Shown: positions 9,866 to 22,243 of the stretch, one piece after another
Position numbering within the stretch: position 1 is the stretch's first letter
Layout: every line of letters starts with the position of its first letter
From: Candidatus Hydrogenedentota bacterium
Lineage (GTDB): Bacteria > Hydrogenedentota > Hydrogenedentia > Hydrogenedentales > JAEUWI01
Length of the DNA: 64,000 nt
Reading direction: 5' to 3'
Assembly: GCA_034669905.1 (NCBI GenBank)
Contig: JAXMOL010000020.1
Coordinates: 1-64,000, forward strand
The notes under the pieces: generated by a model
What the model saw: only the letters and a program-made list of their open reading frames with translations
What the model was told of the DNA's origin: nothing
Databases searched by the model: none
Program-made: the position numbers and the translations under genes

Positions 9866-10092
9866 AACCCTTTTCTCCTGCCGCGAGTCCTTATCCAGCT
9901 ACCCATGCTCGCCTGTTCTCGATGCCCGCCGCGCTGCCCTCCAAAGCGGGAAGGCTGCAACAAACGAAACAGACGCGTAGATCTGGACGCGCTTCGGCTT
10001 CATGTATTCAAATTAAACTGAAGGCCCCGACCGTTCCATTATGACGAGTAGGGTGCCTGCTGCATCCCGACCCGTGTTTTTTCTATACTTCT

Positions 10093-10120
10093 ATTATATA
10101 CCAATGAATGCCCTTTGCAA
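10093..10120 (-). promoter_or_regulatory. Putative sigma70 promoter for the prepilin-like gene
   Basis: TTGCAA-N16-TATAAT on the minus strand within an AT-rich island. Confidence 0.5.
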
Positions 10121-10377
10121 CAGAAAAGTTCCCTCAAGAATGAATAAATCATTGAATTTATCATTAAATCGCGACTAATTTTCATGACCCCCATCCCGAA
10201 AACCCCGGTCCGTGGGATTAAAGGCGCATAAAATTCACTTATCGTAGTTATGGTCCAGTTCGGTCGGATGTTCTTTTCTCCGGTGGGATGGGCTGATCTG
10301 TCAATAAATACAGCGGTGTAGGAAAATTTATTCGCAATCGGCTCAAAATTTCCTCGTGTCGGGTTTACCCTACATGG

Positions 10378-10410
10378 GCGTGCCGTTGCCACGTGATGGC
10401 GACGGCACGC
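10378..10410. repeat. REP-like palindrome
   Basis: GCGTGCCGTTGCCA-cgtga-TGGCGACGGCACGC, 14-bp stem; shares the CGGCAC/GTGCC core with 23542-23577. Confidence 0.6.
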
Positions 10411-10555
10411 GAATCGCGCAGAAGTGCGGTGTTCGAAGTGGGCCTGCCGGGTTGTGGATAGCCCCCGTCAGGGCAGCGCGGGGTGGTGCTTAAGGCGAGG
10501 ACCTACGCGGCGGGGCGGGTCAGGATGGAAACTCTTTCGCAGGCAACGGAGGGTG

Positions 10556-11260
10556 CCCATCGTCGTGTGGCGCGGCAGTCCCTGGTTTTCCCAGGGGCAG
10601 GCTCGCCCCCACGACGTTTCCCAGGGTGGTTGCCGTGAGACTTTTCGTGTGTGGCGGGTGTGGAAAGGAAACGTCTCGGGCGTGAATGTCCCGTCGTTTG
10701 CGCAGATGACGTGGCGTCGCCTTCGGTAACGACGGGACAGCCACCGCCGTCTTCGTCCGTGTGGGTGGGATGGGGTAGGCGTGTTTGCTCCACGTTGTTC
10801 GTAGCTACCCATCGACGTGAGGCGAGGCAGTCCCTGATATTCCCAGGGACAGGCTCGCCCCCACGATGTAGGTCAGGGTGCATGTTGTTCGACTTTTCGT
10901 GTATGGCGGGCATGGAATGTAAACGTCTCGGGCGTGAATGTCCCGTCATTTGCGCGGATGACGTGGCGTCGCCTTCGCGAACGACGGGACAGCCACCGCC
11001 GTCTTCGTCCGTGTGGGTGGGATGGGGTAGGCGTGATTGCTCCACGTTGTTCGTAGCTACCCATCGACGTGAGGCGAGGCAGTCCCTGATACTCCCAGGG
11101 ACGGGCTCGCCCCCGTGATGTTTGTTGCGGTGCATGTTGTCGGACATCTCGTGGATGGCGGGCATGGAAAGTAAACGTCTCGGGCGTGAATGTCCCGTCG
11201 TTTGCGCGGATAACGTGGCGTCGCCTTCGCGAACGACGGGACAGCCACCGCCGTCTTCGT
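10556..11260. repeat. Tandem array of about 2.8 units of 252 bp, each with two long hairpins (BIME/REP-like)
   Basis: ACGTCTCGGGCGTGAATGTCCCGTC recurs at 10671, 10923 and 11175 (period 252). Hairpins are TGTCCCGTCGTT...AACGACGGGACA and GGCGAG..GTCCCTG...CAGGGAC..CTCGCC. Confidence 0.9.
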
Positions 11261-11479
11261 GCGTTTGCGGGGTGGACGGAGCGGCGGTGGATTGTGCTGG
11301 AGGGAAAGTCCGTTCTCTTACCTGCGTCTCAGAATGTGACTTTCGTGCGCTGGCTTGAATCACGTGTGCTTTGTGTCGGACAGGTCGCAGATGCGCCGTG
11401 GTGGAAATACCCAATCCGCCACGGCGGATCTTCGACCTTTTGATTGTTCGCGTATTGTATGTCGTGCCCCGCATGGTGC

Positions 11480-12373
11480 TTATACCTCGCTGGGCTGCAA
11501 GGGCGCACCCGCGTGGGCGACGAAGATGTCTTCGAGGCTGGGTTCCTGCTCTTCGAGCAAGGTGCCGCCGTGTTGGGTGATGGACTCCCATAGGGTATCG
11601 CGGTCGCCGTGGCAGAGGAGGGTCCATTCGCCGTTGAACTCGGCCTGGTGGAGGAGGCCGGGGAGGTCTTCGGGTGGGGCGCCTTCAAAGGTTGCGGTGA
11701 AGCGGGTGTGCTCGGTCTTGATGGTCTCCATGGGGGCGTTGAGGAGGAGCTGGCCCTTGTAGATCATGGCCATGTGGTCGGCGACGCGGTCCACTTCTTC
11801 CAGCAGGTGAGATGAGAACAGCACGGTGCGGCCTTCGTCGGCTACGGTGCGGATGATGGCGGAGAGGATGTCGCGGCGGACGATGGGGTCGAGGCCGGAG
11901 GACGGTTCGTCGAGGACGAGAAAGTCGGGCCGGTGGGCGAGAGCGCCGAGGAGGCCCGCCTGGGCGAGTTGTCCGCGGGAGAGGGTCTTGAGTTTGGCGT
12001 GGGGGTCGAGCTGGAATTGTTCCCGGAGTTCTTCGGCGAATTCGGGGTCCCAGTTGGGGTAGAAGGCGCGGAGGTAGCGCATGAGTTCGTGGACGCGCAT
12101 CCAGCCGGGGAGGTCGCGGTCTTCGCTGAGGTAGCCCATGCGGACGAGGACCTTTTCGGGGTCGGCGATGGGGTCCATGCCGAAGACTTCCACCGTGCCC
12201 TCCTGGGGGCGCAGCATGCCCATGAGGTGTTTGATGAGGGTGGTTTTGCCTGCGCCATTACCGCCGACGAGTCCGAAGACGCAGCCCTTGGGGATTTCGA
12301 GGGAAATGTCGTCGAGGGCGGTGACCCGTTTGTACTGGCGGGTGAGGTGGGTGATGCGTGCTACGGTTTCCAT
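11480..12373 (-). CDS. ABC transporter ATP-binding protein (YtrB-like)
   Basis: Walker A GGNGAGKTT, signature LSRGQ, Walker B LVLDEP, SSH switch, C-terminal SLEDIF. Confidence 0.93.
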   Translation of the reverse strand: METVARITHLTRQYKRVTALDDISLEIPKGCVFGLVGGNGAGKTTLIKHLMGMLRPQEGTVEVFGMDPIADPEKVLVRMGYLSEDRDLPGWMRVHELMRYLRAFYPNWDPEFAEELREQFQLDPHAKLKTLSRGQLAQAGLLGALAHRPDFLVLDEPSSGLDPIVRRDILSAIIRTVADEGRTVLFSSHLLEEVDRVADHMAMIYKGQLLLNAPMETIKTEHTRFTATFEGAPPEDLPGLLHQAEFNGEWTLLCHGDRDTLWESITQHGGTLLEEQEPSLEDIFVAHAGAPLQPSEV

Positions 12374-12397
12374 GGTGTGGTGCTCCCTTTGTGTGTG

Positions 12398-12460
12398 ATG
12401 TGGGACGAGTGAGACTTGCGAGACTTGTGGGACGAGTGGGACCTATGGGACCTATGGGGG
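12398..12460. repeat. 9-bp minisatellite (NNGTGGGAC-type, 6-7 units), inverted relative to 13076-13264
   Basis: atgtgggac gagtgagac ttgcgagac ttgtgggac gagtgggac ctatgggac ctatggggg. Confidence 0.85.
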
Positions 12461-12488
12461 AAAATAACCATGAAAGATGCCGCAAAAT

Positions 12489-12881
12489 TCATGAGATGTC
12501 CTCCCCGCCTCGTTTTTTGTTTCGCTTTTTTATGAGCTCGATGACGGTTTCTTCGTCGAAGCCCAGGTGTTGGGCCTCGGTGAGTAACTTATCGATTTGT
12601 TTGGTCAGCAGGCGCTTTCGCTCGCCTGGTGCCAGTGGCGAGCCCCCATCGGCCACCACGGTGCCCGAGCCCTGTCGGGACAGCAACACGCCCTGGGATT
12701 CCAGATCGCGATAGGCCCGTGCCACCGTGTTGGGGTTGATGAGTAGTTGTTGCGCCAAGGCACGGATGGTCGGCATCTCGTCGCCCGGCTTGAGACGACC
12801 CGCCGCCACCAGGTTTTTCACCTGATCGATGATTTGGCGGTAGATGGGCGCGCCGTCGCCGGGTGTGATGTGTAGTTGCAT
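12489..12881 (-). CDS. GntR family (YtrA subfamily) transcriptional regulator
   Basis: PIYRQIIDQVK, LKPGDEMPTIRALA, INPNTVARAYRDLE and GSGTVV; short C-terminus; upstream of an ABC ATPase. Confidence 0.93.
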   Translation of the reverse strand: MQLHITPGDGAPIYRQIIDQVKNLVAAGRLKPGDEMPTIRALAQQLLINPNTVARAYRDLESQGVLLSRQGSGTVVADGGSPLAPGERKRLLTKQIDKLLTEAQHLGFDEETVIELIKKRNKKRGGEDIS

Positions 12882-12911
12882 GGATTGCCCGGGGTGGCTA
12901 AATTGACTTAA

Positions 12912-12949
12912 TGTATTAAAAGATTAATACAATCTGGCGGGCCTGTCAA
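12912..12949 (-). promoter_or_regulatory. sigma70 promoter of gntR-ABC overlapped by a YtrA-type operator
   Basis: TTGACA (12949-12944)-N17-TAATCT (12926-12921); perfect palindrome TGTATTAA-N4-TTAATACA at 12912-12931. Confidence 0.8.
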
Positions 12950-12957
12950 GGGAATTT

Positions 12958-13038
12958 TGAAGGGTGAAGGGTGAAGGGTGAAGGGTGAAGGGTGAAGGGT
13001 GAAGGGTGAAGGGTGAAGGGTGAAGGGTGAAGGGTGAA
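12958..13038 (+). repeat. Perfect heptamer tandem repeat (TGAAGGG)11
   Basis: 11 exact units at 12958-13034 plus TGAA. Confidence 0.97.
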
Positions 13039-13075
13039 AATTGCGGAGCTTCTGCCGGAGGCGAAAGAGTGAAGC

Positions 13076-13264
13076 GTCCCACGGGTCCCACGGGTCCCAC
13101 AAGTCCCACAAGTCCCACGGGTCCCACAAGTCCCACAAGTCCCACAAGTCCCACAAGTCCCACAAGTCCCACAAGTCCCACGGGTCCCACGGGTCCCACG
13201 GGTCCCACGGGTCCCACGGGTCCCACGGGTCCCACGGGTCCCACTAGTCTCACTCGTCCCACAG
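13076..13264 (+). repeat. 9-bp minisatellite (GTCCCACRR) x21
   Basis: 18 units of GTCCCACGG or GTCCCACAA followed by 3 degenerate units. Confidence 0.97.
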
Positions 13265-13320
13265 AGCCACGGAGGGCATGGCCGCCATCTCCTGATGGCG
13301 GCTTTGACATCCACCTACCC

Positions 13321-16391
<3,071 letters not shown>

Positions 16392-16395
<4 letters not shown>

Positions 16396-17621
16396 GCGCC
16401 GGACTCCCCATCACCCTGATCGGGGATGGTGATGGCCGAGCCGTCCTCGAGGAGTTGCTGTCCCAGGGTGACGACCCGTCCGGTCAGCCCTTCTCCCATA
16501 ACCTGGGTGCGCTCCCCTTCGCGGAGGCCGAGTGTGACGGGGTGCCAGGTGACCTTATTTCCCGCGTCATTCACCACGAAGACGCCGGACTGGTCGGAGC
16601 GATTGGCAATGGCGGCTTCGGGAACAATGATGGCATCTTCCAAGCGGGCAAGCTCCAGCGTTACGCGGATGAACATGCCGGGCTTGAGCCGCTGCACGGG
16701 GTTTTCGATGCGTAACTCCACCCGCGCCTGGCGGGATTCCTGTCGGAAGATAGGGGAGATGCGCACTACCCGACCGGTGAAAGTTTCCTCGGGAAAGGCA
16801 TCGGTGGTGAGGGTGGCGGGCTGGTCGACAGCGATACGGCCATAGTCCCGCTCGGTGACGAAGATGGTGCCGGTGATGGGCGAGAGTTCGACGATGGAGA
16901 AGAGGGGCGCGTTGGGCGAGACGGTGTCGCCTTCATCCACGAAGCGCTCGGCCACGACCCGGTCGCCCGGCCCTTCGGTCCATTCGGCGTTGATTTTGGT
17001 GTAGGCCAGGCGAATGCGTGCAGACTCGAGGGAGGACTCGGCGCGCTGCATCTGTGCCCGGGCCACTTCGAGTTTGGCCTGCCCCGCAAGCTGGGCGGTC
17101 TTGGCCGAATCAAACTGAGACTCGGAAGCAACGCCTTCACTACGGAGGCGCTCGATGCGGTCGAGTTCGCGGACCGCGATGGTCAGGGTGCTGTTGGCTT
17201 CGGCGAGGGTGGCTTTGGCCACGGCCAGATCCGCCTCGGCCTGGGCCACCGCCTGCACATACTCCCGGTCATCGAGCTCAGCCACGAGTTGTCCGCGGGT
17301 AACCGTGTCGGCCAGGTCGACGGTGAGCTTTTCGATGCGGCCGCTTATTTTCGGGGCGACCACGAACTCTGCCGTGGCTTCCAGCGTGCCGCTGAAGGTG
17401 CGGTGATAGGCAATGGGTCCGTGCTCAATGGGGGCCACTTCCACCGGGGCGATACGGTCTTCTTTGCCGCCGGTTTCCTCTTCGGGCAGGTTGACGATCT
17501 TGGTGTAGATAAGCCATCCAATACCGGCTGCGATCATGAGGAAGAACAGGGTGAGGAAGAGGCGGCCTCCTTTGGAGGTCGACGGGGGTGGGGTCGTTGT
17601 CTTGGGGGCGTTGGATTCCAA
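16392..17621 (-). CDS. RND efflux periplasmic adaptor (membrane fusion protein)
   Basis: N-terminal [12 protein letters not shown] lipoyl half, coiled coil, LKPGMF; TTG start at 17621 with GGAG SD; overlaps the RND gene by 4 nt. Confidence 0.9.
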
Positions 17622-18008
17622 CTTTGAACTCCGATGGGTAAAGCGGGGGCGTCTGCCACTACGAATATATACCTGACGCTGAGGTCTGCTGCCGAGCATT
17701 CAGTCTACACGCTTGGAGGGGGGCGGTGCCAGTGGAGAATTGGGTCAGATGGGGTGTGGAGTTGGCTGTAAGGCATCCATTACGTGGCTGGCGGGTGGGG
17801 CATGGCACCCAATGCGCTTTGCTGATTCCCATCGGAAAGGCGGGCTGTCGATACAGCAACCAGTCCCTTTCGGGGCGGCGGCTTGCGGTGGCCGAGGGGC
17901 CTCCTCTAAGATTCGGATACCAGCGGGGGAGTCCCGCCACCACGAAGTTCCGGCGTGGCGGTCCTGTCGCGCCTGCCCATAGCCCCACGAAGAAAAGGAT
18001 GCCTTCCC

Positions 18009-19025
18009 ATGATGACTGTTGCCTTCTACGACGCCCGGCCCTATGACCGCGAGTACTTTAAAGAGACGGGTGCGGACGACGCGCTGGCGCTGCAGTTTTA
18101 TGACTTTCGATTGTCGTCCGATACGGCCATGAGTGCCTCGGGGGCAGAGGCAGTGTGTGTATTCGTTAATGATCGTCTTGATGCGGCGTGTCTCGAAAAG
18201 ATTCGCGATCTGGGTGTTCGACTGGTTGCGCTACGCTGCGCGGGCTTCAACAACCTGGACATGGCCGCCGCGAAGGCGTTGGGGCTGACGGTGGTCCGTG
18301 TACCCGCCTACTCGCCTTACGCCGTGGCAGAGCACACCGTCGCCCTCTTGTTGACCCTCAATCGAAAAATTCACCGGGCCTTTAATCGGGTGCGGGAGCA
18401 TAACTTTTCGCTGAGCGGTCTCGTGGGTTTCGACCTTCACGGGAAAACGGTGGGCATCGTGGGGACGGGTAAGATAGGTCGGATCGCGGCCCAGATTTTT
18501 CACGGATTCGGTACCAGGCTCCTCGTTTCGGATGCCTACCCCGATGAGGCGTGGGCTACGGGGTTGGGGGCGGAGTACACCGATGTGGCGACCCTGCTGC
18601 GGGAGAGCGACATCGTCAGCCTTCACCTGCCGCTGACACCGGAGTCCCGATATCTGCTGAACGCAGAGACCTTTGCGCTGATGAAGCCCACGGCCTATCT
18701 GATCAACACGAGCCGGGGAAAGCTGGTGGAGACGGCGGCGCTGATTCAGGCGATCAAGTCGGGGGCCATCGGGGGCGTGGCGCTGGATGTCTATGAAGAG
18801 GAAGAGAAAGTCTTCTTTGACGACCACTCCTCCGAAATTCTGTACGACGATGAGCTGTCGCGGCTGCTGAGCTTTCCCAATGTGCTCATCACGTCGCACC
18901 AGGCCTTCCTGACCCACGAAGCCCTTTTCGAGATCGCCCGTCTTACCTCGGAAAATCTGCGTCACTGTGCTGAGGGCACGGCATATGTCGCAGGCTCTGT
19001 GCTTGTGGAGGGGACGGTCGCATAG
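18009..19025 (+). CDS. ldhA: D-lactate dehydrogenase / 2-hydroxyacid dehydrogenase
   Basis: LRCAGFNN, VPAYSPYAVAEH, GTGKIG, INTSRG, LDVYEEE and TSHQAFLT. Confidence 0.9.
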   Translation: MMTVAFYDARPYDREYFKETGADDALALQFYDFRLSSDTAMSASGAEAVCVFVNDRLDAACLEKIRDLGVRLVALRCAGFNNLDMAAAKALGLTVVRVPAYSPYAVAEHTVALLLTLNRKIHRAFNRVREHNFSLSGLVGFDLHGKTVGIVGTGKIGRIAAQIFHGFGTRLLVSDAYPDEAWATGLGAEYTDVATLLRESDIVSLHLPLTPESRYLLNAETFALMKPTAYLINTSRGKLVETAALIQAIKSGAIGGVALDVYEEEEKVFFDDHSSEILYDDELSRLLSFPNVLITSHQAFLTHEALFEIARLTSENLRHCAEGTAYVAGSVLVEGTVA

Positions 19026-19142
19026 ACGTCCATAGATTGCTGCGTACTTCCATGATTCTCGCGCCCAACAACCGCCTTGTCCGACCACGCATGGACATAA
19101 CGGGCCATCTGGGTAGCGTGTCGCTCAGGTGGTTGCACGGTG

Positions 19143-19874
19143 CTACTCAGCCGCTGTGTACGCCTCCTTGAGGCGATCTGAGATGGCCGTCTGCGGTGTA
19201 AGTTGGTAGACGCTGTAGGCGAAGTGTAAGCACGCGGCGTAATACAGGGGGTAGCACACATAGCCATTCCACGAGCCACCGATGTAGCGCCAGCGACCAA
19301 CGAAGTGGTCGGAGACATAAAACAGGATGGCGGCGATGGCCAGTAAGCGGCTTTCTTTCCAGAGTCCACATGCGCAGAAGACCATGACGGTAATGACGAT
19401 GGTATAGGCGATGATTCCAGGCTTGTCCGATGGGGGCACATGGGGCAGCAGATAGACGAGCTGGAACAGACTTACGGAACCGAGGGGGATGCTGACGCGC
19501 AACGCGGTCGGCCAATGAACCCCGAGGGTCAGGAAGGCCAGAATCAGAAAGACATGGGCCACGAGAAAGGCATAGGCACCCGTCATAAAGTCGTGTGGGC
19601 CAAGCATGTCTCCCAGCCAACAGCACACTAGCCCTGCCAGCATGAGCCGTCCGAAGCGCGAGGTGAATGCCCCTCCAAATACGGCGGTCATTACGAAGCC
19701 TGACGATGCAATGAGCGGCATCTGGGGTCCCCACACGCTGAGATTCAGGGAGCGAATTACGATGATTCCCAGGGCCGCTGAGACACTCAATGCGATGGTG
19801 GTCCACACGAGGCGGGTCTTCAGGGTGGGGCGAGGGGTGGGGCCTTGGGGCTGTGGAGTGATTTGCGCGTTCAT
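19143..19874 (-). CDS. YhhN-like (lysoplasmalogenase family) membrane protein
   Basis: Multi-TM; GLVCCWLGDML, AFLVAH and LFYVSD motifs. Confidence 0.75.
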   Translation of the reverse strand: MNAQITPQPQGPTPRPTLKTRLVWTTIALSVSAALGIIVIRSLNLSVWGPQMPLIASSGFVMTAVFGGAFTSRFGRLMLAGLVCCWLGDMLGPHDFMTGAYAFLVAHVFLILAFLTLGVHWPTALRVSIPLGSVSLFQLVYLLPHVPPSDKPGIIAYTIVITVMVFCACGLWKESRLLAIAAILFYVSDHFVGRWRYIGGSWNGYVCYPLYYAACLHFAYSVYQLTPQTAISDRLKEAYTAAE

Positions 19875-19925
19875 AGGGGGTCTACCATTGGGTTAGTGCA
19901 ACAGAACTACACCGTAACAAGCTAC

Positions 19926-19954
19926 TTGACAGAACTCAGACTCTACAGTATGCT
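19926..19954 (+). promoter_or_regulatory. sigma70 promoter for tetR-DUF1559
   Basis: TTGACA-N17-TATGCT. Confidence 0.65.
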
Positions 19955-20051
19955 TAATCCTCGAGTCAACGGAAAGTCGACGAAACGTCCAGAAATGGAT
20001 TCCGCCCCACGTTAACAGGCCTTTTGGAGGCCCAGTAAGGATATCGGTGCC

Positions 20052-20804
20052 GTGATTGCGCTCTCACCCAAACAGCAGGCCATGCAGGAACGGGAACGCT
20101 CCATCCTGGAAGTATCTCGGGAGTTGGTGCTCGAGCACGGCTACTATGGGGTGACCATGGACCAGATTGCCCGTGCGAGTGGCTGCCCAAAGGGGACGCT
20201 CTATCATCGCTTCGCGTGCAAGGAGGATATCCTGGTGACCTTAGCGGTGGAATGTATCGATCGACGATCGGCCTTGTTTCACCGGGCTGCGGCGTTTGAG
20301 GGGAAATCGCGGGAGCGTGCGTTGGGGATTGGGGAGGCGGCTGCGCTGTTTGGCCGTCTGCACCCGGAAGACCTGCGGATTATGCAGACCGCCACGGGAC
20401 CGATTCGGGAGAAGGCGTCGCCCATTCGCCTCATGCCGTTGCTGGAGGCCGAGCGTGTCGCGATGAATGTATTGGTCGGGCTCCTGAAGGAAGCGGTTGA
20501 GGCGGGTGATCTGGAGTTGGATCACGATGGCACGATCGAAGAGATTGCCATTGGCTCCTGGGGACTGCTGCACGGCGGTTTCTCCATCATTCAGGATGGG
20601 ATACCCCAGAATCTTCTCGGGGTCTCGGACCCTTTTCACAAGCTCTGGCGCTATTTCAATCGCTCCATCGATGCCTATGGTTGGCGCCCCCTCTTTGACG
20701 AGTGGGACTATGAGGAGAGCTTGGCACGGTTACGCAAGGAAGTCTTTCCCGAAGAGGCCCAAGCCCTCTATGGGGAAGGCATGTGGTATGGCGACAGGAA
20801 GTGA
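20052..20804 (+). CDS. TetR/AcrR family regulator
   Basis: [35 protein letters not shown]. Confidence 0.92.
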   Translation: MIALSPKQQAMQERERSILEVSRELVLEHGYYGVTMDQIARASGCPKGTLYHRFACKEDILVTLAVECIDRRSALFHRAAAFEGKSRERALGIGEAAALFGRLHPEDLRIMQTATGPIREKASPIRLMPLLEAERVAMNVLVGLLKEAVEAGDLELDHDGTIEEIAIGSWGLLHGGFSIIQDGIPQNLLGVSDPFHKLWRYFNRSIDAYGWRPLFDEWDYEESLARLRKEVFPEEAQALYGEGMWYGDRK

Positions 20805-20869
20805 AGCGTAAGTTCTGTCGCAGTGTGTTTAAGGGTAGTTTGGCTTTTGTATCAAGGAGAGATGTGTAC

Positions 20870-21877
20870 ATGAATCAGAAAAAAGGTTTTACCCTCATCG
20901 AACTGTTGGTGGTGATTGCCATCATCGGCATCCTGGCGGCCATTTTGTTGCCCGCGTTGGCGCGGGCGCGGGAGGCGGCCCGTCGGGCCAGTTGTTCCAA
21001 CAACCTGAAACAGTGGGGCCTGGTGTTCAAGATGTATTCCAACGAGTCGAAAGGCGAGCGCTATCCGCCGCTCATGCACCAGGGTTCCGTCGGGGGGAAT
21101 CTCAATACGGGCCTCTGGACGCCCTATTGTTCGGACGTGTATCCCGAGTATGTTTCCGACCCGGGAATCTACGTTTGCCCGTCCAACTCGGATATGTCGG
21201 TAGAGGATATGTATGTTGATGGCCTGGTCGTGCTCAGCAGTGACCCGGATCAGGATGGGGTGCTGGGCGTGGCGTCGAACCCCGGACGGGCCGTGTGGTG
21301 GAAAGCGACCCGTTCGTATAACTATAACTCGTGGGCCTTCAATGACGCTGACAACGACACGCGCTATAAGGACGCAGCGGCCATGCAGATGGCCTGGTTT
21401 GGGGCGAGTTTGCCCCCGGGAATCGATGGGGCGACGCTCTATCCCAATCAGTCGTCGCTGGCATTCTTTGCGCTGGGCTATGAACTTACGGTGAGCGGCA
21501 ACGCGGCTCCCCTCAGTGATATGAGTAATCTGGAAGCTATCTATGAGATTCTTGATGGTGACTTGAATATCAACGGCACGATTCTTGGTCTGACGGGGGC
21601 CTCGGCACCGCAACAGACCATCCATCGCCTTCGGGAGGGGATTGAACGGTTCTTCATCACCGATATCAACAATCCGGCCGGCAGTGCGGAAGCGCAAAGT
21701 GGGCTTGCGATTATGTGGGATGCCATCTCGGTGAACCCCGAGAATTTTAACCACATCCCCGGTGGCAGCAATGTGCTCTACATGGATGGCCACGTGAGTT
21801 TCACCAAGTACCCCAGCGACAAGTTCCCCGTGACCCAGCAGGCCGGACTTGCGGGCTGGATGAACAATGGCGTCTGA
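20870..21877 (+). CDS. DUF1559 prepilin-type N-terminal cleavage protein with C-terminal H-X9-DG motif
   Basis: [31 protein letters not shown]...[31 protein letters not shown]. Confidence 0.93.
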   Translation: MNQKKGFTLIELLVVIAIIGILAAILLPALARAREAARRASCSNNLKQWGLVFKMYSNESKGERYPPLMHQGSVGGNLNTGLWTPYCSDVYPEYVSDPGIYVCPSNSDMSVEDMYVDGLVVLSSDPDQDGVLGVASNPGRAVWWKATRSYNYNSWAFNDADNDTRYKDAAAMQMAWFGASLPPGIDGATLYPNQSSLAFFALGYELTVSGNAAPLSDMSNLEAIYEILDGDLNINGTILGLTGASAPQQTIHRLREGIERFFITDINNPAGSAEAQSGLAIMWDAISVNPENFNHIPGGSNVLYMDGHVSFTKYPSDKFPVTQQAGLAGWMNNGV

Positions 21878-21929
21878 TTAGCATGACTCGCGGATAACTC
21901 TCGCAGGGAATTGTTCTTCATCAAGTTAT

Positions 21930-21965
21930 CGCCCCTGCGCGCTTTTACTACGGCGCGCAGGGGCG
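21930..21965 (+). terminator. 13-bp perfect hairpin downstream of DUF1559 gene (terminator or REP)
   Basis: CGCCCCTGCGCGC-N10-GCGCGCAGGGGCG; weak U-tract. Confidence 0.5.
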
Positions 21966-22023
21966 TTGTCGTGTCTGCGGTGGAGGGGAGGTGAGGGGGG
22001 GAGGCGTAGGGAGGAAAACGTTG

Positions 22024-22053
22024 AACCACGAATGGACACGAATAAATACGAAT
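22024..22053 (+). repeat. 10-bp periodic repeat (NNACACGAAT) x3
   Basis: aaccacgaat ggacacgaat aaatacgaat. Confidence 0.7.
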
Positions 22054-22208
22054 TGGAATCGCAGGGCATTGGGGCCATGCTTGGAGATGTATCGTGTCGA
22101 GATATACTGCCCGAGGGGTCCCTATAGCTTAGGGCGCTGGGTAAGGCTCGGGGATAAAGGGTTTTTAGTGTAATTGGTAGTTAGAAGAGAGGGATTAGAA
22201 AAATATCC

Positions 22209-22237
22209 TTGTAATTTATCCATCTTATGGATAAAAT
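22209..22237 (+). promoter_or_regulatory. Leaderless-type sigma70 promoter with palindromic operator in the spacer
   Basis: TTGTAA-N17-TAAAAT ending 6 nt before the ATG at 22244; TTTATCCAT-ctt-ATGGATAAA at 22215-22235. Confidence 0.7.
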
Positions 22238-22243
22238 ACTAGG

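Noticed and set aside
10039..10392. 117-aa ORF in the AT-rich island
   Set aside because: Atypical composition, no motifs, and it overlaps a predicted promoter. More likely regulatory DNA.
10556..11260. CRISPR or guide-array interpretation of the 252-bp repeat
   Set aside because: Units are far longer than CRISPR repeats, the variable segments are homologous to each other rather than unique spacers, and there are no cas genes.
10503..11627. 374-aa ORF with 84-aa repeats across the 252-bp array
   Set aside because: It overlaps the ABC gene out of frame, has no clear SD or domain, and the opposite strand is also open. The conserved features are DNA/RNA stems. Not fully excluded, because 252 is divisible by 3.
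17640..18000. Riboswitch or ncRNA in the MFP-ldhA divergent gap
   Set aside because: No recognisable consensus or convincing long stems.
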